Source: Adineta vaga (taxonomy: Eukaryota > Animalia > Rotifera). Taken from it: a DNA stretch of 64,000 bases. The DNA lies in the NCBI GenBank assembly GCA_021613535.1, contig CP075492.1:10664001-10728000 (forward strand), written 5' to 3'. Each line of letters begins with the position of its first letter. The first letter of the stretch is position 1. The notes below the pieces were generated by a model. The model was not told where the DNA came from. It saw only the letters and a program-made list of their open reading frames with translations, and did no database searches. Below are positions 14,404-27,486 of this stretch, one piece after another. Both the position numbers and the translations under genes were made by a program.

Positions 14404-15662
14404 ATGGCAGAACGTGGCGGAACTCGAGGTGGCTTTGGCACACGAGGTGGTATGTATTTATAACATAATGAAACAGATTTCTTGATAATTTCTTCGATAT
14501 TCATAGGACGTGGAGGTGAAGGTGGACGAGGTCGCGGCGAAGGTTAGTTTCAAAAATAAACAATCTTTTGAAAAGAAAAATAATTTCATTTGATATATAT
14601 AGGTCGCGGCGAAGGTTTCCGTGGTGAAGGTGAAGGTCGTGGCCGTGGTCGCGGTGAAGGTATGTGTATTAAAGATGGATTGGAATGATTGTAAAATAAA
14701 ATTGTTTTGTATAGGTCGCGGCCGTGGTCGTGGTCGTCGTGGTCAACGTCCAAAAGAGGATTCAACCAAAGCATGGGTACCAGTCACCAAACTAGGTCGA
14801 TTAGTTAATGATGGCAAAATTCATTCGCTTGAAGAAATCTATCTATTTTCTTTACCCATCAAAGTTAGTTCTCTTTGAGATCTTTTTCTCTTTATTTTTT
14901 CCATAATCGTATGATAATTTTCAGGAAGCTGACATAATCGATCGTCTATTACCCGGTCTTAAGGATGAAGTACTCAAAATCATGCCAGTACAGAAACAAA
15001 CTCGTGCTGGTCAACGTACTCGTTTCAAAGCTATTGTCGTCGTCGGTGACGGTAATGGACATATTGGCCTTGGTGTTAAATGTTCAAAAGAAGTAGCAAC
15101 TGCTATTCGTGGTGCTATTATTCTTGCTAAACTCTCTGTTATTCCCGTACGACGTGGTTATTGGGGTAATAAAATCGGTGCACCACACACTGTACCATGC
15201 AAAGTATGAATGAAAAAAAAACCAATCATCTCTTCTTAAAGATCTCCTTTATTTTTATTAATTTACTTTAGGTTACAGGTGAATGCGGTAGTGTACTCGT
15301 ACGTTTAATTCCAGCACCTCGTGGAACAAGTCTTGTCTGTGCTCCAGTACCAAAAAAACTTCTTCAAATGGCCGGTATTCAAGATTGTTGGACAGCAGCC
15401 AAAGGATGTACCGCTACACTTGGCAATTTCGGTTCGTATTTTTCATTCAAAATAATTTTCTTAATTCAATTTCAATCCTTTATTCTTTCTCCTTTTAGCT
15501 AAAGCTACATATGCCGCTATGGCAATGACCTATTCATATTTGACACCTGATTTATGGAAAGATACCGTATTCACTAAAACACCATTTCAAGAATACAGTA
15601 GTCACCTTGCTAATACAAGCAAGAAATATACTGTTGGCTTAGGTGATAAACATTATCAATAA
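14404..15662 (+). CDS. RPS2: 40S ribosomal protein S2 (uS5), seven coding exons
   Basis: RG-rich N-terminus, [46 protein letters not shown]. Confidence 0.98.
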
Positions 15663-15970
15663 ACGAAGAAGAAACAAATAAAACACCCGATTAAATTTCG
15701 ATCTTTTTTCATTTGTTTTCGATTGAGTTTTATCTCATGAAAAAAAATCTACTCATAAGAACAGGATGTGTGTTTTCTTTTTTGTTATTAATACATAAAA
15801 ATTCTAACGTTGTATTTGATCGAATAAAAGAGAATAAAAGAATAGCCATATAACACACACACATACACGTGAACTATGACTTGTTTACTGGACGAAAGAA
15901 AAGGATAAATGTAATTACGCAATATCAATAGAAAATCAGATCGAATAGATAGTTGTATGACCTTGAGAAA

Positions 15971-16114
15971 TGCCCGGGCCAGTATTGCCACCCATTGGCA
16001 GGCCCGTAGCACAACCTGATGCGCCAGAGATATTCGCTCTTGTCGCAAGTGAAAAAAAATGTAACCGTAGTTAGGATGCGTTTTCTGAGGTGCAAACGGC
16101 ACTCAGTTTTTTTT
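15971..16114. ncRNA. Unassigned GC-rich structured intergenic element (ncRNA candidate)
   Basis: Hairpins GGGCC-agtat-TGCCA-cccat-TGGCA-GGCCC, GCG..AGAG..CTCT..CGC and CCGT...ACGG in AT-rich surroundings, followed by a T8 run on +. Confidence 0.4.
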
Positions 16115-16533
16115 CAATCATATAAGAAAATAAGATGGATACTGAACATTGATACAAAAAAATTCGATCATTTTTTATTCAAACTCAATAAAAGATTACA
16201 GTTTGAAAATGAATAGTCAATAGCTATTACTAATAGTTTAGAAAATCGAATATAATTGTTTGATTGTCAAATGATAGATAATCAATGTCAACATAATTTT
16301 ATATGATTAAACAAAACGTTATCGACGTAGTAGTTTCACTAGAAAAACCATCTTTTGCATCGCAGATTTTAGAATTCGTTATTATTAGAGATGTGATATT
16401 GTTTAAGAAATAAAATTGTATTTAGTAAAAATAAATTAAAAAAGCATATCTGACACATAATGAATTTGAATAAAAAGATCACAATTATAAACGGAAGAAA
16501 GAAAGAATGATCTCTTGATGGGAATCTGACAAT

Positions 16534-16966
16534 TTATATGACACTTGTAAAATTTTGAATGACAAGAAATGGAGCAGTAGAAGCTGTTGATGAACAATGA
16601 GTTGCTGGTGGTGGTGAGCGACAACCAAGTAAATAACCAATAAGACCAGCTGCAGCAACTGCAAGAAACATGCCTAAATAAAGGATGAATGAAAAATTAT
16701 ATAAATATAACGATAAAGAAAAAACTGAACCTGAAAGTATCAATAGGATAGTACCCCAATGTGGAAAAACCGCATGTAGTACATTATCTGAGCTATAAGT
16801 ATTGAAAGTATTTCGTATATGTTCTGCTAAATTATCTGGATCTAAAGAGAACATTTAATAAATTAATAATTATTGAATCTATAAATTGACTATTAATTAA
16901 CTTACATGCAGCACTTTGCCAAGCAAAGATAGGAAATAGAGCCAAGAAATACATAATCATATTCAT
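16534..16966 (-). CDS. Small single-pass membrane protein, three exons
   Basis: Signal peptide MNMIMYFLALFPIFAWQSAA, short ectodomain, TM segment WGTILLILSGMFLAVAAAGLIGYLLGC. Confidence 0.6.
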
Positions 16967-17657
16967 CTTTCAAAGATATCTAAAAAAAACAAAGTATCAT
17001 AACAATTTTAATCTCATTCTCAGATAAACTATAACCTAAGATCCGTTATATAATATATCTATATCAAGAGCACAGCTATATCATTTTCCCATATGAAGCC
17101 ATTCTGATTATCAAGGATCCTCTCTATTCATTAACTCTCACATCGAACTAAAAGACATATGAAATTGATTTTTCTTAAATCTTTATTGATGTAAATATTT
17201 CGCGTATATGCGTTTCTTTTTTTTCCTATTCAAACATTGACGTATATCATCGTTTTCTCTTCATTGACAAGAATCCAAGTGAACAAATGTTTTTCTTTTC
17301 ATATAACAACAAACAAACGCGCAAAAAAGAAGAAAACAGAAAAGAAGGACATAGAATATAAAGAAACAAACAAACAACGGACACTTGTAGTGATCATTAG
17401 ATAAATGGGAAAACTTGCGGTTTTAAAATGTGTATATATATATACTAGAACACCTTAAAATAAATGAGAGACGAATAGAATAAATAAAAAGTAAGAAATC
17501 GAACCATTTCCATTGTTTGGTATGTATGTGTTTTTTTTTCGAAACTGATATAACTTATTGGAATATCTTTGCAGACAAAAAAATGACGAAGAACAAGAAA
17601 AGAAAGAAAGAAAAGGACAATGTTTAAACGCTTTAATGAATTTCGTGACAACAATGT

Positions 17658-18489
<832 letters not shown>

Positions 18490-19519
18490 TTAGAGAAGAG
18501 TCAATGAAAATTGAAGAGATAAAAACAAGATAGTAAAATCTAAAGGAAAGAAATTCATTTGTATAATTAAAATTTAATCATAGCATATCGAGCCACGTAG
18601 ACAATTGATGGTTAACAAGCAAAAACGAGTGTCGAGAAGAAAAAAAGAAAGCAGAAGGAACAAACATGACGAAAAAAATCAACTGCCATTGCTCATGTTG
18701 AATGTCCCATTCACTGGGTAAGTTTAACGACAGACGAAAAATAATTGTTTTCAGATCAAAAATTTTCATCAACAAATTATTTCATCAATGTTTTGAGACA
18801 TTAATAATCGAGATAGATAGACTTTACAGCGCCATCTGTATATCTATTCTAACTTATTCTCACTTTTCTCAACAGATGATCATTTCCAAATAATTCTTTT
18901 AGAAAAGAATATTCATAAATTATGAAAGAAGTTCATTTTTGAAACCTTTATCAGCCAGAAACGTTGTGACTAATGACATCTATATCTAATTTTGTTCAGA
19001 GTCAAGTATAGTATCTCTGTCTGCAACTGACATCTATATGTCTTGTGGACTTATTTTATTTTAAAACAATAGATTTGACTAAACTATTAAAAAAATATTT
19101 TTGGAGGAATATTAATTTTTGTACTAAATATTTTTACCTATCACATCATCAAGGTACACATGTATAAACAATGGGAACGATGTGTTCTGTACTTGTCTGT
19201 CTTGCGTCCTTTTCTTTCCGACAGCGTCATTGTTTCTCTCTCTCTCTTTTCCTCTCTCTCTCTCTCTCTCTCTGTAATCACGTACTAATTTTCTTTTTGC
19301 GTTCTGATCGATTCGTTCCTTCAATAATCGAACTAGACAAGAGAAAAAAAAACGAAGAATTAAATATTCTTTTCAAGTTTTTCCATTTTATCCAATATAA
19401 TGTCATCAACAATTGTATTTATTACTCATATCAGGTAGATTATTTTCAATGAAATAAAACAAATCAATAACTTATTGATCATTGATTTCCTTTAGTTGTG
19501 TTCCACAATATCAAACATA

Positions 19520-21848
19520 ATGAGCGGTTTCGATTGTTCGTTACTTGAAGAACAGCATTTCCAAACATCAGATTCCCTCAAAGATGGCGCTATTTCCTGT
19601 TCAGATTGGTCTCGATTTGCTATAGCATCATCAACTGGTTTTACTTTATTAACATTCAGTGGTCATTCATCACGTAAAGTTCAATTATTTACTGTTTCTT
19701 GGTTTCAACTCGATCAACATCTTGAACAAGATGATTTAAGATATTATACATATACACCCTTAGCACTTTTTTGTCCTGATTTCTTACGACCGGATGGCGC
19801 TCGTTTATTAGCTGTAGCTTCATCGACTGGTCAACTTGTTATATGTGATGCTAATCAAGAATCACCTGTTGTCTTATTTAATGTTTCAAAACGATGGAGA
19901 TCACAATTAGATGAACGAAATAGTGGTAATCCAACAACTTCACGAAAAACAGCAACAAGTAATGGAACCACGACGGGAGGTTTATCTCGTGATGAAGAAG
20001 CCTTATTAGGTAAATTTGAACTTTTTTGAAGAATAATAATAAAATATCGAATCTTATTCTTTCATTTTAGTACCAACTTGTTTAGGATGGTCTAATGTTC
20101 TTCGTCGTGATTCTCCATCTCGTTTTGTTCTTCTTTTCTGTGGTCTAGAATCTGGTCATGTTGCTATCTGGCAATTATCAGAACAACAACAAACCAATAA
20201 TTTAACATTAACTTATGCTGCTCTTCTTGAACCTAATGCAACTGAACCAACTATATCATCGGCTGCAAAAAAACCTGGTCTCTCTCCAACCATGTCCAAT
20301 GGTTACAATTCAAAATCAGATTCAACCTATAAACCTCCACATAATTCTATATCAGCAATGGCATGGCTTTCTTTATCAGATACAGCTGGTATTCTTGCAC
20401 TTGGTTCTTCTCATGGACATGTTTCTCTTATATCTATATCATTAACTGGAAATGAATTAGCACCTTTACTTGCATATACTAAACAAGAATCTCCACATCT
20501 TGTCTCCAATGGTGCACGAATTCATCATATTGCTCTCTATCAACAACATAATGAACATCGATTATTTTTTGCTCAAATGGATTCAATTGTCATTGCAACA
20601 TTAAATATTACATCAACTGGTTATAATACATCTTGTTCACAATTTACAATAAAAACAGTCAATGAATATGCATTAAATTCAAGTGTATTAACACATTTCC
20701 TATCCGATACACAAGATTTATATTTAATCTGTCGAGATGGATTTATACATCGACAAGTGACACAAACATTCAATGATCCAATGCATCATCATCATGCCCA
20801 ACATACAACAAGATTTGAACAATTTTGTCAATTATTACCTACAGGTTCGTTGTCAGAAAGAATAACTATGAACTATAATTTTTCATTTCTTCTAGGTAGT
20901 GAATGTCAAGCAGCTGGTATTACTCCAACTCATTGTACTGTTTTAACAATGAAACGTAGTGAAGCAATTTTAACATTATCAGTTTATTCTTTAAAAGATG
21001 TTTCATCAACAATCACATTCTTTCTGTCAAATCCTTTACCATCATTTCGTTTAAATGATGTTCTTGCTGCCTTACGTGTTTTACTCTATTCGGATAAATC
21101 CAATGCATTAACTGATTTAATCATGTCTGTTGCTGATTGTGCTGATCAAGCCAGTGTTAGTTTATTAAAAAAAGTTCATTCATTATGTCGATTACTATTA
21201 TCCTACCATAATAGCGGTCTGGGCAGTGGATTAAGACAAGCTCCCTATATGTTATTTCTAGCTGATGTATTTGCTCAAATGATTTCAATTGATTTAATTA
21301 AAAAACTCTATGATTATGTTCAAACTGATCAACAAATTCAATTAACACCAATTGAAAAATCAATTCTCTATTGGTGTGAACAATTATTACAATATTCCAC
21401 TCAACAATTACAAGCATCAGCAAATGCAACAAATAAAAGTGGAAATACAAATACTAGTCTTACAGGAAATAATTTAACAGCACAATTTGGTTCATTATTA
21501 GCAATGGCAAATCCAAATATGACAAGTTCATCCATTGCTATACCAAATGGACCAACACAACCGACACAAATTAATAGTCAATATTTTTCGACATGTGATC
21601 AAAAATATTTACATTGTCCACTATGTGGACAAACATTATTTATTCGATCATTTTTCGATGTGACCTGTTCCAATGGACATGAATTTCAACGTTGTAATAA
21701 AACGTTTTTACCCATATTTCTTCAAGATCGTGCCAAACGTTGTTCATTGTGTAATTTCTATATAAGTGATACGACCATCGATGAATCGACACAATTAACA
21801 ACATTAATTAAAATATTAGGAGGATTTACTTGCACATTTTGTGGTTGA
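19520..21848 (+). CDS. GTF3C4: TFIIIC 90-kDa subunit-like (N-terminal beta-propeller plus C-terminal zf-TFIIIC)
   Basis: WD-like N-terminal region (LLAVASSTGQLVI, ISAMAW..LALGSSHGHVSL). C-terminus CPLC...CSNGHEFQRC...CSLC...CTFCG. Intron ~20010-20070. Confidence 0.7.
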
Positions 21849-22315
21849 CTTTGTGTTTATGTACAGTCTATTTGTTTGTTTGTTTGTTTGTTTGCTGTGT
21901 GTTGTATATAGTGATCTATGTCTACTCTACTTGTTGTTTTGTACTATCTATTTTTCATTGAGCAAAGATTCATAGTGATTATTCTATTTGCAATTTTTGT
22001 TTGCATGTATAGAAAACAAATTGAATGTGAGCACGACGTAAGAGTGTTTTCGTTTTTTCTCTTTTCTTTTCTTTTTGTATTATATATTCATATACACACA
22101 CGTATTACGCGAAGAAAAACCTGAGTTTGAGTGAGAAAAAAAAACAAGTTTCTTTTTTCTTATGATTATTATTATTATTAAAGAAAAAGAATAAGAATTT
22201 TTGTTTATTATTTTAGAAACATTTTCACACTTTTGAAACTAGAATAAGAATTGGTAGGTTAGAATATAGAACAACTCTGTGCAGATGTACAATAGATTCG
22301 TTTGATTTCAGTACT

Positions 22316-23549
22316 ATGGGCAATCAACAACCAGCAGGTCGAACTCGAAGTGATACCTATACACGGTATGAACGTGATGGTGAAGATGGTCGTTACGTGA
22401 CACTTGATCATAATGATTATACTGGAAGTGGTCAACTATCGTCATACGATGAACGAGTAAATATATATATTCAAAAAATAAATGTAATGATGTTGCTATG
22501 TGAGCGATATACTTAGACTGGAATAAGACATGATTTAAGTTTACCAATCCGTATTCGAAATCAACGTCAAATGCAACAACATCATACGCAACAAGCTGTA
22601 CATGCAGAAATGCAAAATGAAAAAAAAACTATACCAGTTGTATTTAAATATCCAGCATTAGTCAAAGATAAAGAAGCTTTATTAACTGGTTCATTTAATA
22701 ATTGGAGAGAAATGGTACCAATGGTGAAAAGGTTTGTTCATTTTTCGGAGAAATTCTCTCGATAAGATAAAACATTTTGTTTATATTTTTAGTGATAATG
22801 ATTTCGTAGTTATTTTGGAATTACCTGAAGGTGAACATGAATATAAATTTCTTATTGATGGTCGATGGGAATATGATTTGAATGAAGTAGTCGATTCTTT
22901 TCATTGTTACGATGTTTTTCATTGAAACTATTTCTTTTCTAGGCATCAAAAGACGATGGTCATAATGGTCGAAATAATGTTGTAACCGTGAAAAAAAGTG
23001 ATTTTGAAGTAATGGAAGCATTGATATCGGATTCGGTTTTATCAAGTAGTCAAAATCAAAATCTAAATAAACAACAATGTAAAAAGAATTTTTTCAAGAT
23101 TTATTTACTAACTTAGTATTTTTATGAAATATGTTTAGCAAATGATTCAGATATGGCTCGTTCTCCGCCAGGTTCTTACGAACAAACTTGGCCACCAGTC
23201 AATCAAAAAGAATTTCCTCAATCTGATAAACCGCCAATTCTACCACCACATCTACTGAATATTATTCTTAATAAAGATACTGCCGCTCATGTAATTGAAC
23301 GATACGTTTGTATCTGTTTTCAAAAACTAATTCTACTCTATTCTAGTTTGAACCAGCATTATTACCCGAACCAAATCATGTTATGTTAAAACATCTATAT
23401 GCTCTATCGATTCGAGTAAATATCTTTTCCGTTTCGATATTTTATTTGTTATAATCTATTTACAGGATGGTGTAATGGTCTTGAGTACGACAACACGTTA
23501 TAAACAAAAATTTGTTACAACATGCTTTTATAAACCGACTGGAAAATAA
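22316..23549 (+). CDS. PRKAB1: AMP-activated protein kinase beta subunit
   Basis: MGN start, PVVFKY..LTGSFNNW, LPEGEHEYKFLIDGRW, PPILPPHLLNIILNKD, LPEPNHVML.HLYALSIRDGVMVLSTTTRYKQKFVTT.FYKP. Confidence 0.95.
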
Positions 23550-24019
23550 ACGAAATCAATTGAGCAAGTTTATTTTTTTAAATGATTGTATTTTGTATAT
23601 AAAACTTCTTTTTTCTTGCTATATGATAACATTTACCCGTTGGTTTTTATTTTGTTACATAAAAATGTTCTTTTTTTCTTGCCTTTTGACCTTACATGCT
23701 AATCGTTTGTGTTCATTTGAATTATTTTTTTTCTTCTCCTCATACGATCCGAATGTTTATATGTATATACCTCCATAAGTTTTAGTAATGTTTAATTTTT
23801 CTTTTGTAACGAATGACTATCAAAAATGATGTTTTCTTGTCTTTATACGATTGTCAAAAATAAAAAAATCATAGAGTTATAGTTTATGCTCATCAATTTG
23901 ATACATGGTTTGATCTGATTTGAATTTCTGAGCGTTCTTACTCTCATTAGATTAGAACTACATCGAATTCGTTTCAAGAAAGTGCATATATCTTTACATT
24001 TATTTACAAAAGAAAACAA

Positions 24020-26055
24020 TTATTTAGATATTTTAGGCTTCCATATAAATGATTTCGATACAGGAGCAGTAGCTGGTGGTGATGTCGTTGCCGCCGTCGT
24101 TGTTGTTTCATCTGTAGTAGATTCAAGATTGTCTGGTATGGAAATAGATCGAGCTGGCAATTCATTCGAATTAGTATCCGCATTGGATGACGATGAATGA
24201 CGGACATTTTTCGTCACAACTCGTTGTGTATCAGTTTCATCGCTTGTAGACGGTACAGAAGTTTGTTCTGTTCGATGACGACTACTTTCTCGTGTTTTCT
24301 GTCATATACAAAAGGTACATAGAAATAAGGAAGATGAGAAAAAAACGAACTTACAGATGATGTACGTATTGGAACATCAGCAATTTCACCAGGATTTTCG
24401 ACAGTTGTCATTCTTTCATAAGCTCTTCGTGGACGCAGACGTCGTGGAGATGTTGTCTTTTTAGTATCTGTTTCTACGGGTGATGGAGTTCGGGATGGAT
24501 TATCATTAACTAGAATACTTTCTGTAGACTCGATTTCAGTTGGAATAGATGTTCCATATTCAGGTGACATATCACCAATTGGTAGCGATGTTTCAATCGG
24601 TGCAGACGTTGAAGGAGGTGGAGATGATGGTGTATCGAAATTTTCATGATCTAAACTAGTTGATGATTTTGATTGTCGAAGTTTCTTCGATTTAGATGTT
24701 GTCTAAAGTAAGATTTCATTTAAAATCATCGAGAGAATATGAAATCGAACTTACAGGTGGAGGTGGTGATAAAGAAGAAGATGATGATGGTTCTAGTATA
24801 ATAAGATCTCTGAAAGAAAGAAAAAACAATAAATTAATAAATAATAACTATTCTAAATTTTCGATTATCAATCTCATCGAAAAAATATATTACTCTGTTT
24901 CATATTGTTCATTGGAATATTTTGGATTCGGTCGACGTGATCGTAATTTACGTGTGTCTGTTTCATTGACTGTTGCTATCGGTGTCGTATCATCCGCTAA
25001 AAACAAATTGTTCGAATAAAATAAAATTAACATCGAGACACATACATTTTTGTTCAGACAGATTCTTCGATTGATTATTATCTGTCTTAATCTTTTTCTT
25101 TTTCACAATTGTCGTTGAATTTTCATCTTTATTATTTTCTGATGGACGTTTTACTTTACGCGGTGTTTCTGTATTTGAAGATTGTTCTAATGGTGCTGCA
25201 ATACGAACAACAGGTGGTGGTGGTGATGGACTTGATGATATTGTTGTAGGTTCTGTGTCAATAGAAATTGATACCGGAGAAATATCTATTAATTCGCTAG
25301 GTGAATGTGTTGGTGATAGAACACGCGTTTTCTTTGGTTCTTTGACAGATGATTCTTTTATTGGCGGTGGAACTGATTTCTTCTTTGGTACGATGGAATT
25401 TTTGTTAGGAGTTGTTGTTGTTGTTGTTGTTGGAGGATTTTTATTAACTGAAACTTTCGGTTTAGATGGAGTTGGGTCTTTTTTAATGAGAGGTGTCGAT
25501 TTAATTTCTGTTTTCGATGGTTCTTGTGGAGTTGGCATCGGTTGTGTATAGGATGTTGTTGGACGATAAACATGCGTTCCACCAATAGAATTATAAATAT
25601 GCTCAAGATGATCAGAAACAAACGATAAAAGACGTGGTTGAATTAATTGATCTTGACATGATTGCATATATTGACTAACAATTGATGGTAAAGTATCTTT
25701 GATTAAATTTGATCTATTTAAAAGAAAACTATATCGAATTCAAGGAATATAATTCATACAATCTTACGTTTCAATGTGTCGACGTGCACGTTCACGTAAA
25801 TCAGATTTTTTCAATGCTGAACTCCATTTATTTTCAGATAGATAAGTTGACATTAATGATTCAATTTGTGATTTTAAATCTAAATAAGATTGCTAAAAGA
25901 GAGAGAGATAGCGAAGAAGTCAAGTGATAAAGTATAATATCTTTGAAACAAACTTTTTGTTCAATTTCAGAAATTAAATCACGTCGAATGGAATCAAATA
26001 AACCATCAGCTTTCACTTTACGCATTACATCATGAAGTACATATGAATCGGACAT
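24020..26055 (-). CDS. BOD1/Shg1-domain protein with a long low-complexity tail
   Basis: N-terminal VMRKVKADGLFDSIRRDL resembles the COMPASS-Shg1/BOD1 motif. Pro/Ser/Thr/Lys-rich spliced exons follow. 3' end is approximate. Confidence 0.65.
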
Positions 26056-26177
26056 GATTCTGAAAAAGAAGGAGAACATATGAAAAAACTAAATTCTACA
26101 AGTTCTTAAGTTTTTTATTTGTTTAGCAACACGACAAAAAGAAAGAAAATGCTAAACGACAAAGGTTCGTTCATATG

Positions 26178-26480
26178 TTAACAACGGATCGCACTACCAA
26201 TAGCCATAAATGTGCCAAAAGTTCCACCAGCAGATACAACAGATTTGCCGACAGTAGAAAGAAGTTCACGACCACGTAATCCATGTCTACAGAAAAAGAA
26301 ATCCTTTCTATGAAAAGAAAATCAAAAGCAAACAGACCTTAAAGCAGTAAAACCACCAAAAACAATACCAGTAACCATTCCAACAGTGAAGCCCATAGTA
26401 AAACCAAGTTTTACACGATCAAAACAACTTGGTTTATTCATTTGACCACCACTTGTATAACCTGAAGGTACAGCAGGCAT
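26178..26480 (-). CDS. ROMO1: Reactive oxygen species modulator 1 (Romo1/Mgr2)
   Basis: MPAVPSGY...[14 protein letters not shown]...[16 protein letters not shown]...[16 protein letters not shown]. Confidence 0.95.
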
Positions 26481-27486
26481 CCCGAACGAAATGAAGAGCT
26501 ATTTAACTTGAAAAAGAAAAGATATTTGTATTGTATCTGTGTTTGTATGGAAAAGAGAAATGGAATGGACGGTGCAATTGCAATGCATCTTCTTATTCAA
26601 AAGAAATCTCCACCAATGGATATACATCACAATAGATGACTCTAGTGGAAATGGATATGTACATATTTTAATGTAATATTCAGCTGAAAATATTCTCTGG
26701 TATAATCTCATCCGTTAAGAGTATTATTTGATAATTGATAGAAAATAGACTTTTCTGTTTGACATATATGTTTGTATTAATTATATATGGACTTGTTGTT
26801 ACTGGATTTTCTAATAGTTCGAAAACATTATAAATAACAATTATACTAATAATATCAAAGACGAAAGTCCAAGTGAAATGATCCGATACTTAATTCAATT
26901 ATCATAATGCATCATTTCTTTTTGGTTCGACTTTTTTTCTGATGCATTTTATGCGTGTTGTCATTTGCTGTACATGCCTTTTCTCTCTAATTATTTGCAA
27001 AAAATAGAAAGTATGCCGGTAGTCCCATTTATTCTTTTCTCTCTCTCTCCCCCTCTCTTTTCCCGTTTGTATCTATGCCTGTTTCTCATTCGTCTTGTAT
27101 TACCTTACTGGACGTCAAAGACATCGTATTATGAATATGGAAGTTTTACATCTACCGCAAACGATATAACAATAAACCAAGAAGCAGAAGAAGTAGTAGT
27201 AGTAGTAATAGTAGTAGGTGACTACTACTAAAACTAACTACGACGAACAAAGACCATTATACAGACGAACAACTTGCTATGTTTGATCTCGATATTGTTA
27301 ATTGATTTCGACATCTCATCACTTACAACAGCCGATAAGTTGAAATAACTTAGACAAGAAAGAGAGAGAGAGAGATAGAGAGACTGTGTATATAGTAATA
27401 TATCACAGAGCAACAAAAAACTGTTAAAGATATCCATATATTATTTTTTGTACTCTCTCTCTCTATTGTCGAATTCAATTCATTTA

